A stretch of 64,000 nt of DNA, taken from the NCBI GenBank assembly GCA_016209275.1, contig JACQWM010000029.1, positions 2,692 to 66,691 on the forward strand, read 5' to 3'. The position numbers were made by a program, and so were the translations under genes. This DNA comes from Candidatus Omnitrophota bacterium. GTDB lineage: Bacteria > Omnitrophota > Gorgyraeia > Aquiviventales > Aquiviventaceae. The notes under the pieces were generated by a model. The model did no database searches and was not told the origin of the DNA. It was given only the letters and a program-made list of their open reading frames with translations. Below, piece after piece: positions 1-7,322 of the stretch. How positions within the stretch are numbered: the stretch's first letter is position 1; each line of letters begins with the position of its first letter.

Positions 1-991
1 TCGCGTACAGGGCGACCCCATTCCAAGTCGCATCGCCGCCCCCGGCCTCATCCACGGCGTCTTGCTCAGCGCCATAGTCGAAATTCAGCTTCAACGTCAG
101 CTTATCGATCGGCTGATAGCTAGCGACGAGATCGATGAGGTGGCGCTGATCTCGGCTGTCGCTCGTCTGCTCGGCCCCCAGCATGTAGGTGCTGATGAGC
201 GAAAAACGCTCAAACGGGGTCAGCGTCGCGCTGAACTCCAAGGTCTTGGCCTTGTTGTTGTCATCCACCACATCCCAGCCATTGTTGACGCCGAAGCAGG
301 TGGTCAGCCACTCGGTCCACGGGTAGCTCGCGCGAAGCCCCGTATGGGTAAAGGGAATCGCAAATCCGAAGAGGTAGGAACGCGAAAAGTTCCAGTTATC
401 CTTGGCTTCGATGACTTCCGCGCCATGCAGCGTCACGAACTTGCCGAATTTCAGATCCAGCCCATTGCCGATGGGGGCCAGGTATTCCACATACCCCTGT
501 TGAAGATCAAGCTCATCCGTTTGGGAACCGAGCCCGGTGGTCACCGACCCAACGACTTCGGCGTCCGCCCCGAAATTGAGATCGGTCCGGAATCCAATGG
601 GCGCTTCAGCGGAGACCGGCTTCTCGATGACTAACTCGGCGTTATTGATCATAAAATCCCCTGATCGCGTATCAAAGACGCGAAAGGAATTGGTTCGAGC
701 GGTGGGTTCATTAAAATTATAGGTATAGGAGGTATCGACGAAGCCGCTCATCTGCACGCCGTGGAAGCCGCTGGGCAATTGGACCACGGCGCTGCCAGGC
801 TCAGCGCCCGCTTGCTGCGCGGTCAGCTCGTTTTCCAATTTTGAGAGGCGCTCCTTCAACACTTCAATTTCAGCGCTCAACCCTGCGGTGGCCGGATCAG
901 CGGCGAGCACCACAGCGGAAGCGCTGAAGACCATACTCACCGCGATGATCCCCCCCACGACCAACCGCCAATACCTTGTATTCCCTCGCAT
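1..991 (-). CDS. Porin-like outer-membrane beta-barrel protein; C-terminus lies beyond the window start
   Basis: Minus-strand translation from ATG at 989-991, with RBS AAGGAGGG 5 nt upstream. Gives MRGNTRYWRLVVGGIIAVSMVFSASAVVLAADP (signal peptide), a coiled-coil (EIEVLKERLSKLENELTAQQ), then alternating aromatic/Gly-rich strands (GFVDTSYTYNFNEPTARTNSFRVFDTRSGDFMINNAELV...). The frame stays open to position 2. Confidence 0.5.
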   Translation of the reverse strand, partial: MRGNTRYWRLVVGGIIAVSMVFSASAVVLAADPATAGLSAEIEVLKERLSKLENELTAQQAGAEPGSAVVQLPSGFHGVQMSGFVDTSYTYNFNEPTARTNSFRVFDTRSGDFMINNAELVIEKPVSAEAPIGFRTDLNFGADAEVVGSVTTGLGSQTDELDLQQGYVEYLAPIGNGLDLKFGKFVTLHGAEVIEAKDNWNFSRSYLFGFAIPFTHTGLRASYPWTEWLTTCFGVNNGWDVVDDNNKAKTLEFSATLTPFERFSLISTYMLGAEQTSDSRDQRHLIDLVASYQPIDKLTLKLNFDYGAEQDAVDEAGGGDATWNGVALYA

Positions 992-1132
992 CACTTTCCC
1001 TCCTTGTTAGGTATCGTTTGCGCAATCTGTGTTACCGTGTTTGCCGAAGTTTGCTTCTTGGCTTGCCGCTTCTTGCGGAAGGGTGGATGGCACTGGTGTG
1101 GGGAGAGTTCTGTTGCCCATACGGTCAATGGA

Positions 1133-1162
1133 GCAGATAGCCCATAGCAGATAGCACATAGA
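1133..1162. repeat. Two tandem 14-15 bp direct repeats (sense CTATGKGCTATCTG x2) about 150 bp upstream of the porin-like gene
   Basis: Plus strand reads agcagatagcccatag / cagatagcacatag. Confidence 0.3.
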
Positions 1163-1283
1163 AAAAGCCAGCCGCGAAGATCACGAATCCAGCGTCGATA
1201 CATGCCCTCCCTCCATTGGTCAGGTGCGCTCATCATGCTGTGTAAGTATGGCTCAGCCACGTGACGCGCAGATTTCCGCCATG

Positions 1284-1601
1284 TTAAGTTTGTGTTACAA
1301 ACCGATAGCCCTGATCCCCCACCACGTCAATGCAGTCCCGGCCTTCTCGCTGCAAGACACCCTTCAGGTGGCGCAAATGCTCATCCACCATGCGCAAGCC
1401 GCCGGGGTCATGCCGGCCGAGGCCTTCTTCGAGGAGCCGGCGCTTGCTCACCACCTGCCCGGCACGCCCGGCCAAGTACGCCAGCAACGCGTACTCCCGA
1501 TAGGAGAGGGGCAGCGGCCGGCCTCGCACCAGCACCTGATAGCTGTCGAGGTCGATGACCAGATCGCCGAATGAGAGCGTTTGAGGTATGACCATCTTCA
1601 A
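1284..1601 (-). CDS. Standalone OmpR/PhoB-type winged-helix DNA-binding domain protein with no receiver domain
   Basis: 105 aa: ...LSYREYALLAYLAGRAGQVVSKRRLLEEGLGRH...RMVDEHLRHLKGVL...IDVVGDQGYRFV matches the trans_reg_C winged-helix pattern. Start is TTG at 1601 or ATG at 1595. The 32-bp palindrome lies 9 nt upstream. Confidence 0.65.
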   Translation of the reverse strand: MKMVIPQTLSFGDLVIDLDSYQVLVRGRPLPLSYREYALLAYLAGRAGQVVSKRRLLEEGLGRHDPGGLRMVDEHLRHLKGVLQREGRDCIDVVGDQGYRFVTQT

Positions 1602-1609
1602 GCCAGAGC

Positions 1610-1641
1610 GATATCAGATATCGAATTCGATATCTGATATC
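1610..1641. repeat. Perfect 32-bp palindrome GATATCAGATATCGAATTCGATATCTGATATC (family copy 1)
   Basis: Read directly from the sequence. Identical to the copy at 7176-7207, including the flanking ccagagc. Confidence 0.9.
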
Positions 1642-1698
1642 GCCGTTGTAGTTGAAGGATGTTACCGGCAGATGACGGCTGGGTTAAATCGAGGTAAC

Positions 1699-3546
1699 TT
1701 AGAGGCGCTGCAGCAGGGCGTTTAATTCATTCTGGAGATCAAGGATGGCTTGCTTGCGTTTGAGCCAGAACGGATCTTCAAGAGGAAATTGATCGAGGTA
1801 GGTAAGAAACTCCTGTTCCAGGGCCCGCTGCTCTTTGCCGAGGGCCTCCATCAGCCAGGGGAGCGTGTCCTCCCCGTCGTTCGGCGGCTGCCGGGCGAGA
1901 CGATCGAGATACGTCATGAAGCCGCTGCGATAGCGGACCATGAGAAAATGGGAGAAGGCCCAGCTTTGCGCATACGCATACAGCGCGCTCTGGTTGGCCA
2001 TGCCCGCAAAGCTGCCCATCCGGAAGGCATGGAGAAATTCGAGGGGAAGGATCTGCCCCGCGCCGCGGGCTTTCTGGGCATCCGGCAGACGCAACACATT
2101 GGTGCCGCCAACAGGGCTTGGTTCCATGTACCCGGCCAGCCCTTCGCTGAACCAGGAATTGGCCGCCTGAAGATCGGTGATCTGGTCTTCGTTCTCGGTG
2201 GCAAACATGGCTTCAAGCAGCTTCCGTTTCTCCTCCACGGTCCCCGCCTTCAGAAACTCGCGCTTCTGTTGCGCCTTGGCCTGATCCGCCTCCGACATCT
2301 TTGACAAGACGATATGCTGGAGCTGCCAATCGTGAAACATGGCGTGGGTCATTTCATGCCGGAGGATTTCATTGCCGAGCTGGCCGTAGGCCTGGCGCAC
2401 CATGGCGTGGCCGGACTCCAGCTTGCGCAAAAATTCCGACCACAGCCCCTCCAGCGTGTCTTCGTACTGCGAGCCTTTGTACGCCGCCGTGCTGCGATCG
2501 CGCGCGCGCCGGAAGCGGCCGAGATAAATCTCGGACAGCAGCTCGGAAAATTGCTCGCCGACCATGTTGTAGCAATACAAGACTTCATCCTCCGGCTGAA
2601 AATATCCCACCGCGAACCACCCGGGGACCCCATCCGTCAGCGCGTACTCGATATACGCATCCTGGTTTTCAAAGATCACGATGTACGCTTGGACGGTGGG
2701 AGCGCGATCCTTCACTAGGGGAAAGAACGTGAGGTACCAGTCGGTCGCGACCTCCCGGATCACCTGGCGGTACTTCTTGATATCCGGCGGGGCGGAATCG
2801 CTGACAATCGTGAAAAGCCCTTCATCGTCCCATGACATCTGGGGAAAAATGGTTTGGAGATTCTTCTTGATCGCCGTTGAGCGCTCATTCTGCGCCGGCC
2901 GAAAGAGCAGCGCCTCCACATCCTTCCGGGCGATGGTCTGCTCCATCTGCCCGCCGCCGGGCAGCTCCTGGGCGAGCACGATGTCCGTGTCGGTGACCTG
3001 GGTGATCTTGGCGTCGATCACGGTGCCCTTCATCAATTTCACGACCACCTCGTGCTGGTAATCCCAGGGAATGTTCTCGTGTTCGTGCTCCCAGGGCATG
3101 AGAATGCCATCGCCGCTCAGACTCGCCGCACCTTTTTCCACGCGCTCAATTTCATCGCGTCTGAAGCCGACATCGCCGTAGTCAAACCGCAGAATCACCT
3201 CCTCTGACGTTTCCTTCAGCAGCTCGCCGGTCATGGCCCCGCCATTGGTCAAATACAGCGTCACCTGATTGGTAGTCACGGGCGGGACGAGCGTACTCGA
3301 TGAGGATGCTGGAGTGGATGCTGGAGGCTGGAAGCTGGACGCTGGAGGCTGCGATGGCGTTGCCAGCTCCGGCGTTGTGGAAAACCGCTGTTGGGTTCTC
3401 TGAAGCAAAGCTCGCACCTGATCCGGCAGTTGCACGTGCTGCTGCAACGCATCCAGGGGCGAGTGTTCCGGGTGTGCGCGCAGATACCAGCTAGCACCTC
3501 CGGCCGCCAGCATGACCACGGCAAGGAGCAGCAGAAACGTGCGCAT
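1699..3546 (-). CDS. Secreted or anchored protein with an HExxH-like motif (HEMTHAM) and a Pro/Ser-rich linker; resembles DUF1570 / peptidase-MA-like proteins
   Basis: 615 aa. N-terminal hydrophobic segment MRTFLLLLAVVMLAAGGASW, then a PPASSFQPPASTPASSSS linker. HEMTHAMF and a downstream SWFSEGLAGY/E block are present. Family assignment is from memory only. Confidence 0.4.
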   Translation of the reverse strand: MRTFLLLLAVVMLAAGGASWYLRAHPEHSPLDALQQHVQLPDQVRALLQRTQQRFSTTPELATPSQPPASSFQPPASTPASSSSTLVPPVTTNQVTLYLTNGGAMTGELLKETSEEVILRFDYGDVGFRRDEIERVEKGAASLSGDGILMPWEHEHENIPWDYQHEVVVKLMKGTVIDAKITQVTDTDIVLAQELPGGGQMEQTIARKDVEALLFRPAQNERSTAIKKNLQTIFPQMSWDDEGLFTIVSDSAPPDIKKYRQVIREVATDWYLTFFPLVKDRAPTVQAYIVIFENQDAYIEYALTDGVPGWFAVGYFQPEDEVLYCYNMVGEQFSELLSEIYLGRFRRARDRSTAAYKGSQYEDTLEGLWSEFLRKLESGHAMVRQAYGQLGNEILRHEMTHAMFHDWQLQHIVLSKMSEADQAKAQQKREFLKAGTVEEKRKLLEAMFATENEDQITDLQAANSWFSEGLAGYMEPSPVGGTNVLRLPDAQKARGAGQILPLEFLHAFRMGSFAGMANQSALYAYAQSWAFSHFLMVRYRSGFMTYLDRLARQPPNDGEDTLPWLMEALGKEQRALEQEFLTYLDQFPLEDPFWLKRKQAILDLQNELNALLQRL

Positions 3547-3588
3547 AACCAGTAGTATGCCGAATCACGCCGGAGATTGCAAAGGGCG

Positions 3589-4683
3589 TTACGAGCAGCC
3601 GGAGGGAGGGCAATCTTGCAGCGAGGTGAGCGCTGGACGCTGGATCGACATCGGCAGCACGACACTTTGCCCGGTGTTGCCGCCGCCCATCAGACGGATG
3701 TCATGATTCAAGGTCAGCCTGCCGTTGACGATCATGCCGTCATCCCGCCCGACGAATGACCCGTTGACCATCAAGTTCGTCGGCACCAGCCCGGTGATCG
3801 CATGGTTGGTGTAGAGCACGCCGTCGATCTGCATGGTGCCGGAGGCGGGCACAGCCAGCTTCGATCGGAAGGTGTCATCCGAGAGGGTCGACTCATAGAA
3901 CTTGCGGTCAGAGCCGTCGAGCTTCGTGCCTTCCGCCAGGCCGTCGTTGTCCCGCTGGTCGTAGTTGCCGTCGAACATCGGGCGGCCCTGCGCATCCGTC
4001 ATCTGGCCGCCAGCGCCGGTGTGGTAGCCCAAGTCGGCGTCGGTCGGGTCGATGACATAGGGCTGGGTCTTGGATCCGTCTTCGGCTTTGATCAGCGGAA
4101 GCGCGTTTTCCTCATACGCCTCGCTGGTGTAGTCGCCGATGACGATGTTGCCCTTTGCCGCAAAGCCGACCAGATCAGTCATCGTGGGATCAGGGATCGC
4201 CAGCTTGCCGGCTGCGTCCTTCACCTGCGGAAAACTGTAGTCGGCATCGCCTGGCACCGTGAAGCCATAGCGGTTCCAGGCGCAGGGGACGGCGGGGATC
4301 GTGCAGGCATTGCCGCAGATCTTCCCGCGGCCGGGGGTGGGCTGGCCGCAAACGGCCGGCTGAATCGCCAGGCACGTGTTGCCGCTGAGTGTTTTGGTGC
4401 ACGCGAAGTTGCACGGCGTGGTGGTCCCGTTCGTTGTCAGCGCATCGCAGCTTGGCGCGGGAGCGTTGCAGGTGAGGATGAGCTTCTTGTAACATATGCT
4501 GCCGCAGTTATTCGTTCCCGTCGTGTACGTATACGAGGTGCCGGATCTCGGGCTCGCGCACGTCGGCTCCGGCGCGTCGCATTCGGTCGGCGTGCAGGTG
4601 CCAGCGCCAAAGGCCGCCGCCTGCCACCAGAGCGCTCCCACAACCACCAAGACACGGCACAGCATCGCGACCGCGCGGTTCAT
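3589..4683 (-). CDS. Secreted Cys-rich protein (about 23 Cys in the first 140 aa) with an Asp-rich C-terminal half; fourth gene of pilin cassette 1
   Basis: Signal peptide MNRAVAMLCRVLVVVGALWWQAAAFGAG. Repeated CxxxC-type spacing; DGNYDQRDNDGLAEGTKLDGSD acidic loop. ATG lies 3 nt after the stop of the upstream large pilin-like gene. Confidence 0.6.
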   Translation of the reverse strand: MNRAVAMLCRVLVVVGALWWQAAAFGAGTCTPTECDAPEPTCASPRSGTSYTYTTGTNNCGSICYKKLILTCNAPAPSCDALTTNGTTTPCNFACTKTLSGNTCLAIQPAVCGQPTPGRGKICGNACTIPAVPCAWNRYGFTVPGDADYSFPQVKDAAGKLAIPDPTMTDLVGFAAKGNIVIGDYTSEAYEENALPLIKAEDGSKTQPYVIDPTDADLGYHTGAGGQMTDAQGRPMFDGNYDQRDNDGLAEGTKLDGSDRKFYESTLSDDTFRSKLAVPASGTMQIDGVLYTNHAITGLVPTNLMVNGSFVGRDDGMIVNGRLTLNHDIRLMGGGNTGQSVVLPMSIQRPALTSLQDCPPSGCS

Positions 4684-4686
4684 CGC

Positions 4687-6153
4687 TCAGCATCCCTCCG
4701 GCGCCGCCCCGTTCGGCGCCACATAAGTTCCGTCATTGCAGACCTTGCCAAGATTCGACATGATCCCGCTCGTGGTATTGTATTGGCGCACGACATCGGT
4801 GGCTTCGTACCGCTCTAGCGACGCCCACCCCGACGGATTCTTGTACACGATGGACCCCACGACATGAAGATTGCGGCCGGTGTAGATCGTCCCGCGGCCG
4901 CTCACGTAGCCCCGGATGATCACATCGCCGGGAATCACCACCGGGCCGTCGATCTTGATGGGGTTCGTGGACGTGCCGATGAGCACGATTGGCTGCTTCT
5001 CATCCCCTGTCTCGGCGGCGCCATCAGGCCCCTGATACGTCGCCGTGATCGTCTTCCATTGGCTGTTCTCGTAATATTTCAGGGTGGAGCCTGCCCCGTC
5101 GTTGTGCGACGCGGCCAGGCTTTTGTAGAGGCTCAGGTTTCCCAGATACGGCATGTCCTGCACCGGCTGCTGGCTGAATCTGACCTGCTCCGGCGCGCTC
5201 GCATGCCAGCCATAGCCGGCCCCCAGGGCGGCGGTGGCCCCGCTGATCGCCGGCTGGCCGGCGGCCGTAATCTGCTGGGCCGGGCGGGCTCGCTGGTCCG
5301 ACCGCTTATAGTCCCAGTAGGCGTTCCACGACGCGGTTTGCGTGGGGTTGCCGGTAATGGTCCCGACGGCCGCAAGGCCGGTCTCCGGATTGATGAGCTC
5401 GTCGTTTTCCGACGCATACAGATCGCCGTTGACGTAGATTTTCGTCAGCTGGCCGCCGGAAACCACGTCGCTCGTAAAATCGAGATCGCCGTTGGCGCGC
5501 ACTTCGCCGTTGACGACCACGGACGCTCCACCGCGGATGTCAAACCACCCGTAGTTGTTGACGAAATAGGCGTAGCGGAAAATATCCGACACCCCCAGGG
5601 CGATGTCATACGTCGCCTGCAGCTGCTTCGTGATCCCCCCGACCGTCGCCTGGCCGATCACCGTGATGCGGCGCGGGGAGAGCGTGTCGTCGGGATTCGT
5701 GGTCTCAACCGAGCTGATCCAAGCCTCGCCGGTCCCGCTGCTGAAGGCCACGCTTCGCGGCGAGGCTTGCGTGCCAAGGCCGGCCACGTGGTAGGTGTCA
5801 TCCGCCTCCAGCGCAAACGGCGGGTCGAGGTCTTGCGGCGGCTGCTCATCGAAGGCATCCAGCCACTGCAGGGCAGCCAGCGCATTGCCCTGATAGCGCA
5901 GTTGGTAGACATCCGCCGCCAGGAACTGATAGAAATCTTCGCGCAGCTGCTGCAGCGACGCCTGGGCCAGATCGCGGGCTTGCAGCGCATCGCGCAGATG
6001 CTCAACGCTCAGCCGCTGGGCCGCCGCCCGCTGGCTCAGCGCACCGCTATAGACGAGGAAGACCGTCAGCACCATGAAGCTGCTGATCAGCACAAACCCC
6101 CGCTTTCTCTTTTCCTTAATCACCGTAATCATCTTTACGGATTCTGCACCCAC
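4687..6153 (-). CDS. Large PilX/GspK-like minor pseudopilin (cassette 1); start alternatively at 6132
   Basis: KRKRGFVLISSFMVLTVFLV is a class-III signal-like N-terminus with no Glu at +5. About 480 aa. C-terminal region is paralogous to the 522/523-aa proteins of cassettes 2 and 3. Confidence 0.6.
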   Translation of the reverse strand: MGAESVKMITVIKEKRKRGFVLISSFMVLTVFLVYSGALSQRAAAQRLSVEHLRDALQARDLAQASLQQLREDFYQFLAADVYQLRYQGNALAALQWLDAFDEQPPQDLDPPFALEADDTYHVAGLGTQASPRSVAFSSGTGEAWISSVETTNPDDTLSPRRITVIGQATVGGITKQLQATYDIALGVSDIFRYAYFVNNYGWFDIRGGASVVVNGEVRANGDLDFTSDVVSGGQLTKIYVNGDLYASENDELINPETGLAAVGTITGNPTQTASWNAYWDYKRSDQRARPAQQITAAGQPAISGATAALGAGYGWHASAPEQVRFSQQPVQDMPYLGNLSLYKSLAASHNDGAGSTLKYYENSQWKTITATYQGPDGAAETGDEKQPIVLIGTSTNPIKIDGPVVIPGDVIIRGYVSGRGTIYTGRNLHVVGSIVYKNPSGWASLERYEATDVVRQYNTTSGIMSNLGKVCNDGTYVAPNGAAPEGC

Positions 6154-6608
6154 ACTTGCGATTCCAGCGTTTGGGCCAGCTCTGACCGCATCCCATTGCC
6201 TCGCACGACGAGCTGCACCTTCACGACGTTATCCGCCTGGCAGGTGGGAGTGAAGGCGGTCAGCCCTCCGGCTACCGTCGTCGCCGGGTCGTTGTTGACC
6301 TGCTTGGTCAGCAGCGCTCCGGCGCGCGCGTAGGTGATTTGGTCAGCGCCCACCCTCATCTGCAGCGAATCCGCAGCGCAGGCCAACCCTGCGGTCGCGG
6401 AAGCTCGCCGCAGATCCTCGACGATGCGGTCCATGGCGATCTGGGCCCCGGTCGTGTTGGCGAGCGAGTCATCCGTGTGCTGCCAGATCCGATTGCCGGT
6501 CTGGGTCATGACGAGCAGCGAGCCGCTCATCAGGCTAAAGACCGTCGCCACCACCATGACCTCGACAAAGGTAAACTCCCCTCGGCGATTCCATCGTCTG
6601 CGTCTCAT
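6135..6608 (-). CDS. Prepilin-type N-terminal cleavage/methylation-domain pseudopilin, medium (cassette 1)
   Basis: The ORF track extends to 6749, but ATG at 6606-6608 overlaps the upstream TGA (ATGA) and gives MRRRRWNRRGEFTFVEVMVVATVFSL, a pilin-type N-terminal motif. Confidence 0.6.
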   Translation of the reverse strand: MRRRRWNRRGEFTFVEVMVVATVFSLMSGSLLVMTQTGNRIWQHTDDSLANTTGAQIAMDRIVEDLRRASATAGLACAADSLQMRVGADQITYARAGALLTKQVNNDPATTVAGGLTAFTPTCQADNVVKVQLVVRGNGMRSELAQTLESQVWVQNP

Positions 6609-7141
6609 CACGAGTCTCTCCGTCCCATGCGGGTGGACACCATCACCGGCGATTGCAGCCATCCGTCCGCGTCTACCTGCTCGCCAACATCGAACTGGCC
6701 GTTGCAATTGCGATCGCCGCCGATTTGCCGCCCCCGCTCCCGCCAGCACGCCGCCACATGCAAATCCAGCAGCGACGGATTGCCGGGATTGTGCAGATCT
6801 CCGCTTTTAATTTGGATCGTCAAAACACCTTGAGCACCCGCCGGCAGCCCGGTCAGGGGCGCGCTTTGCCCGTTGCCACGAGCGCCTGCATATGCAGGCC
6901 CGGTCCAGAGGGTGTCCAGCGGGGTGGCGGAGAGCTGATCTAGCTGGCCCTGCGCGGCGTTGAGCGCGGCCTGCGCATGGCTGAAGTAATCGACCTGGAA
7001 GAGCAGCGAGGGCATGCCCATCAGCAAGCCGCCGATGCCGACGACGAGCAAGGCCACACCGACGACCAGCTCAAGCAAGGTCATCCCGGACGCAAAACAT
7101 CCGACCCGCAGACGCGATGGACCTCGGATCGGATTGTGCAT
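6608..7141 (-). CDS. Prepilin-type pseudopilin, small (cassette 1)
   Basis: Start at MHNPIRG (ATG 7139-7141), preceded by AAGGGGG. Leader ...FASG^MTLLELVVGVALLVV has Glu at +5. The track ORF begins 27 nt earlier at 7168. Confidence 0.65.
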   Translation of the reverse strand: MHNPIRGPSRLRVGCFASGMTLLELVVGVALLVVGIGGLLMGMPSLLFQVDYFSHAQAALNAAQGQLDQLSATPLDTLWTGPAYAGARGNGQSAPLTGLPAGAQGVLTIQIKSGDLHNPGNPSLLDLHVAACWRERGRQIGGDRNCNGQFDVGEQVDADGWLQSPVMVSTRMGRRDS

Positions 7142-7175
7142 GACAACCCCCTTTGGCAACCCAGCCATCCAGAGC

Positions 7176-7207
7176 GATATCAGATATCGAATTCGATATC
7201 TGATATC
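7176..7207. repeat. 32-bp GATATCAGATATCGAATTCGATATCTGATATC palindrome (copy 2) in the cassette-1 5' leader
   Basis: Perfect palindrome, 8 nt upstream of the first in-frame ATG (7168). Confidence 0.9.
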
Positions 7208-7232
7208 GTCTTAGGACCTGTGGCTTTGCGAC

Positions 7233-7248
7233 CCACGCTTACGCGTGG
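7233..7248 (-). promoter_or_regulatory. Leader hairpin 1 (sense CCACGC-GUAA-GCGUGG, GNRA loop), cassette 1
   Basis: Plus strand ccacgcttacgcgtgg. The homologous positions in cassettes 2 and 3 are cctggattactccagg: a different 6-bp stem with the identical loop and flanks, i.e. full covariation. Confidence 0.6.
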
Positions 7249-7261
7249 TGTGCCTTTATCA

Positions 7262-7276
7262 GTAGGGTTTACCTAC
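7262..7276 (-). promoter_or_regulatory. Leader hairpin 2 (GTAGG-N5-CCTAC), cassette 1
   Basis: gtagggtttacctac here; the cassette-2 equivalent gtagggcccgcctac (10287-10301) keeps the stem with a different loop. Confidence 0.45.
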
Positions 7277-7290
7277 TTTTTCCTAATTTA

Positions 7291-7319
7291 AGTATACCTA
7301 ATGCGCCGAGACACTGACA
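7291..7319 (-). promoter_or_regulatory. Candidate sigma70 promoter of cassette 1 (sense TTGTCA-18-TATACT)
   Basis: Sense strand ...tTTGTCAgtgtctcggcgcattaggTATACTtaaa; the TAAGTATACCT block is conserved in the cassette-2 leader. Confidence 0.4.
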
Positions 7320-7322
7320 AAC

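Noticed and set aside
62-634. 190-aa plus-strand ORF at the window start
   Set aside because: Antisense to the porin-like gene whose minus-strand frame is open across the whole region and gives a signal peptide plus beta-barrel pattern.
4864-6333. 489-aa plus-strand ORF, and similar long plus-strand ORFs (8578-9753, 19173-20282, 25729-26796, 27967-29178, 45195-46124, 52044-53807, 62318-63517)
   Set aside because: All are antisense to well-supported minus-strand genes (pilins, TBDR, MDH-CS, cydB, HydG, nosZ, MFS). They have Arg/Ala/Gly-rich low-complexity translations typical of high-GC antisense frames, and no RBS or family signal.
6135-6749. Full 204-aa extent of the medium pseudopilin ORF in cassette 1 (also 7141-7168, 13182-13242, 14432-14558, 15108-15186, 16874-16913, 24758-24785 N-terminal extensions)
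   Set aside because: The upstream portions overlap the preceding gene in another frame or run into leader or repeat sequence. Internal ATGs with ATGA coupling or good RBSs give pilin-type N-termini and canonical protein starts.
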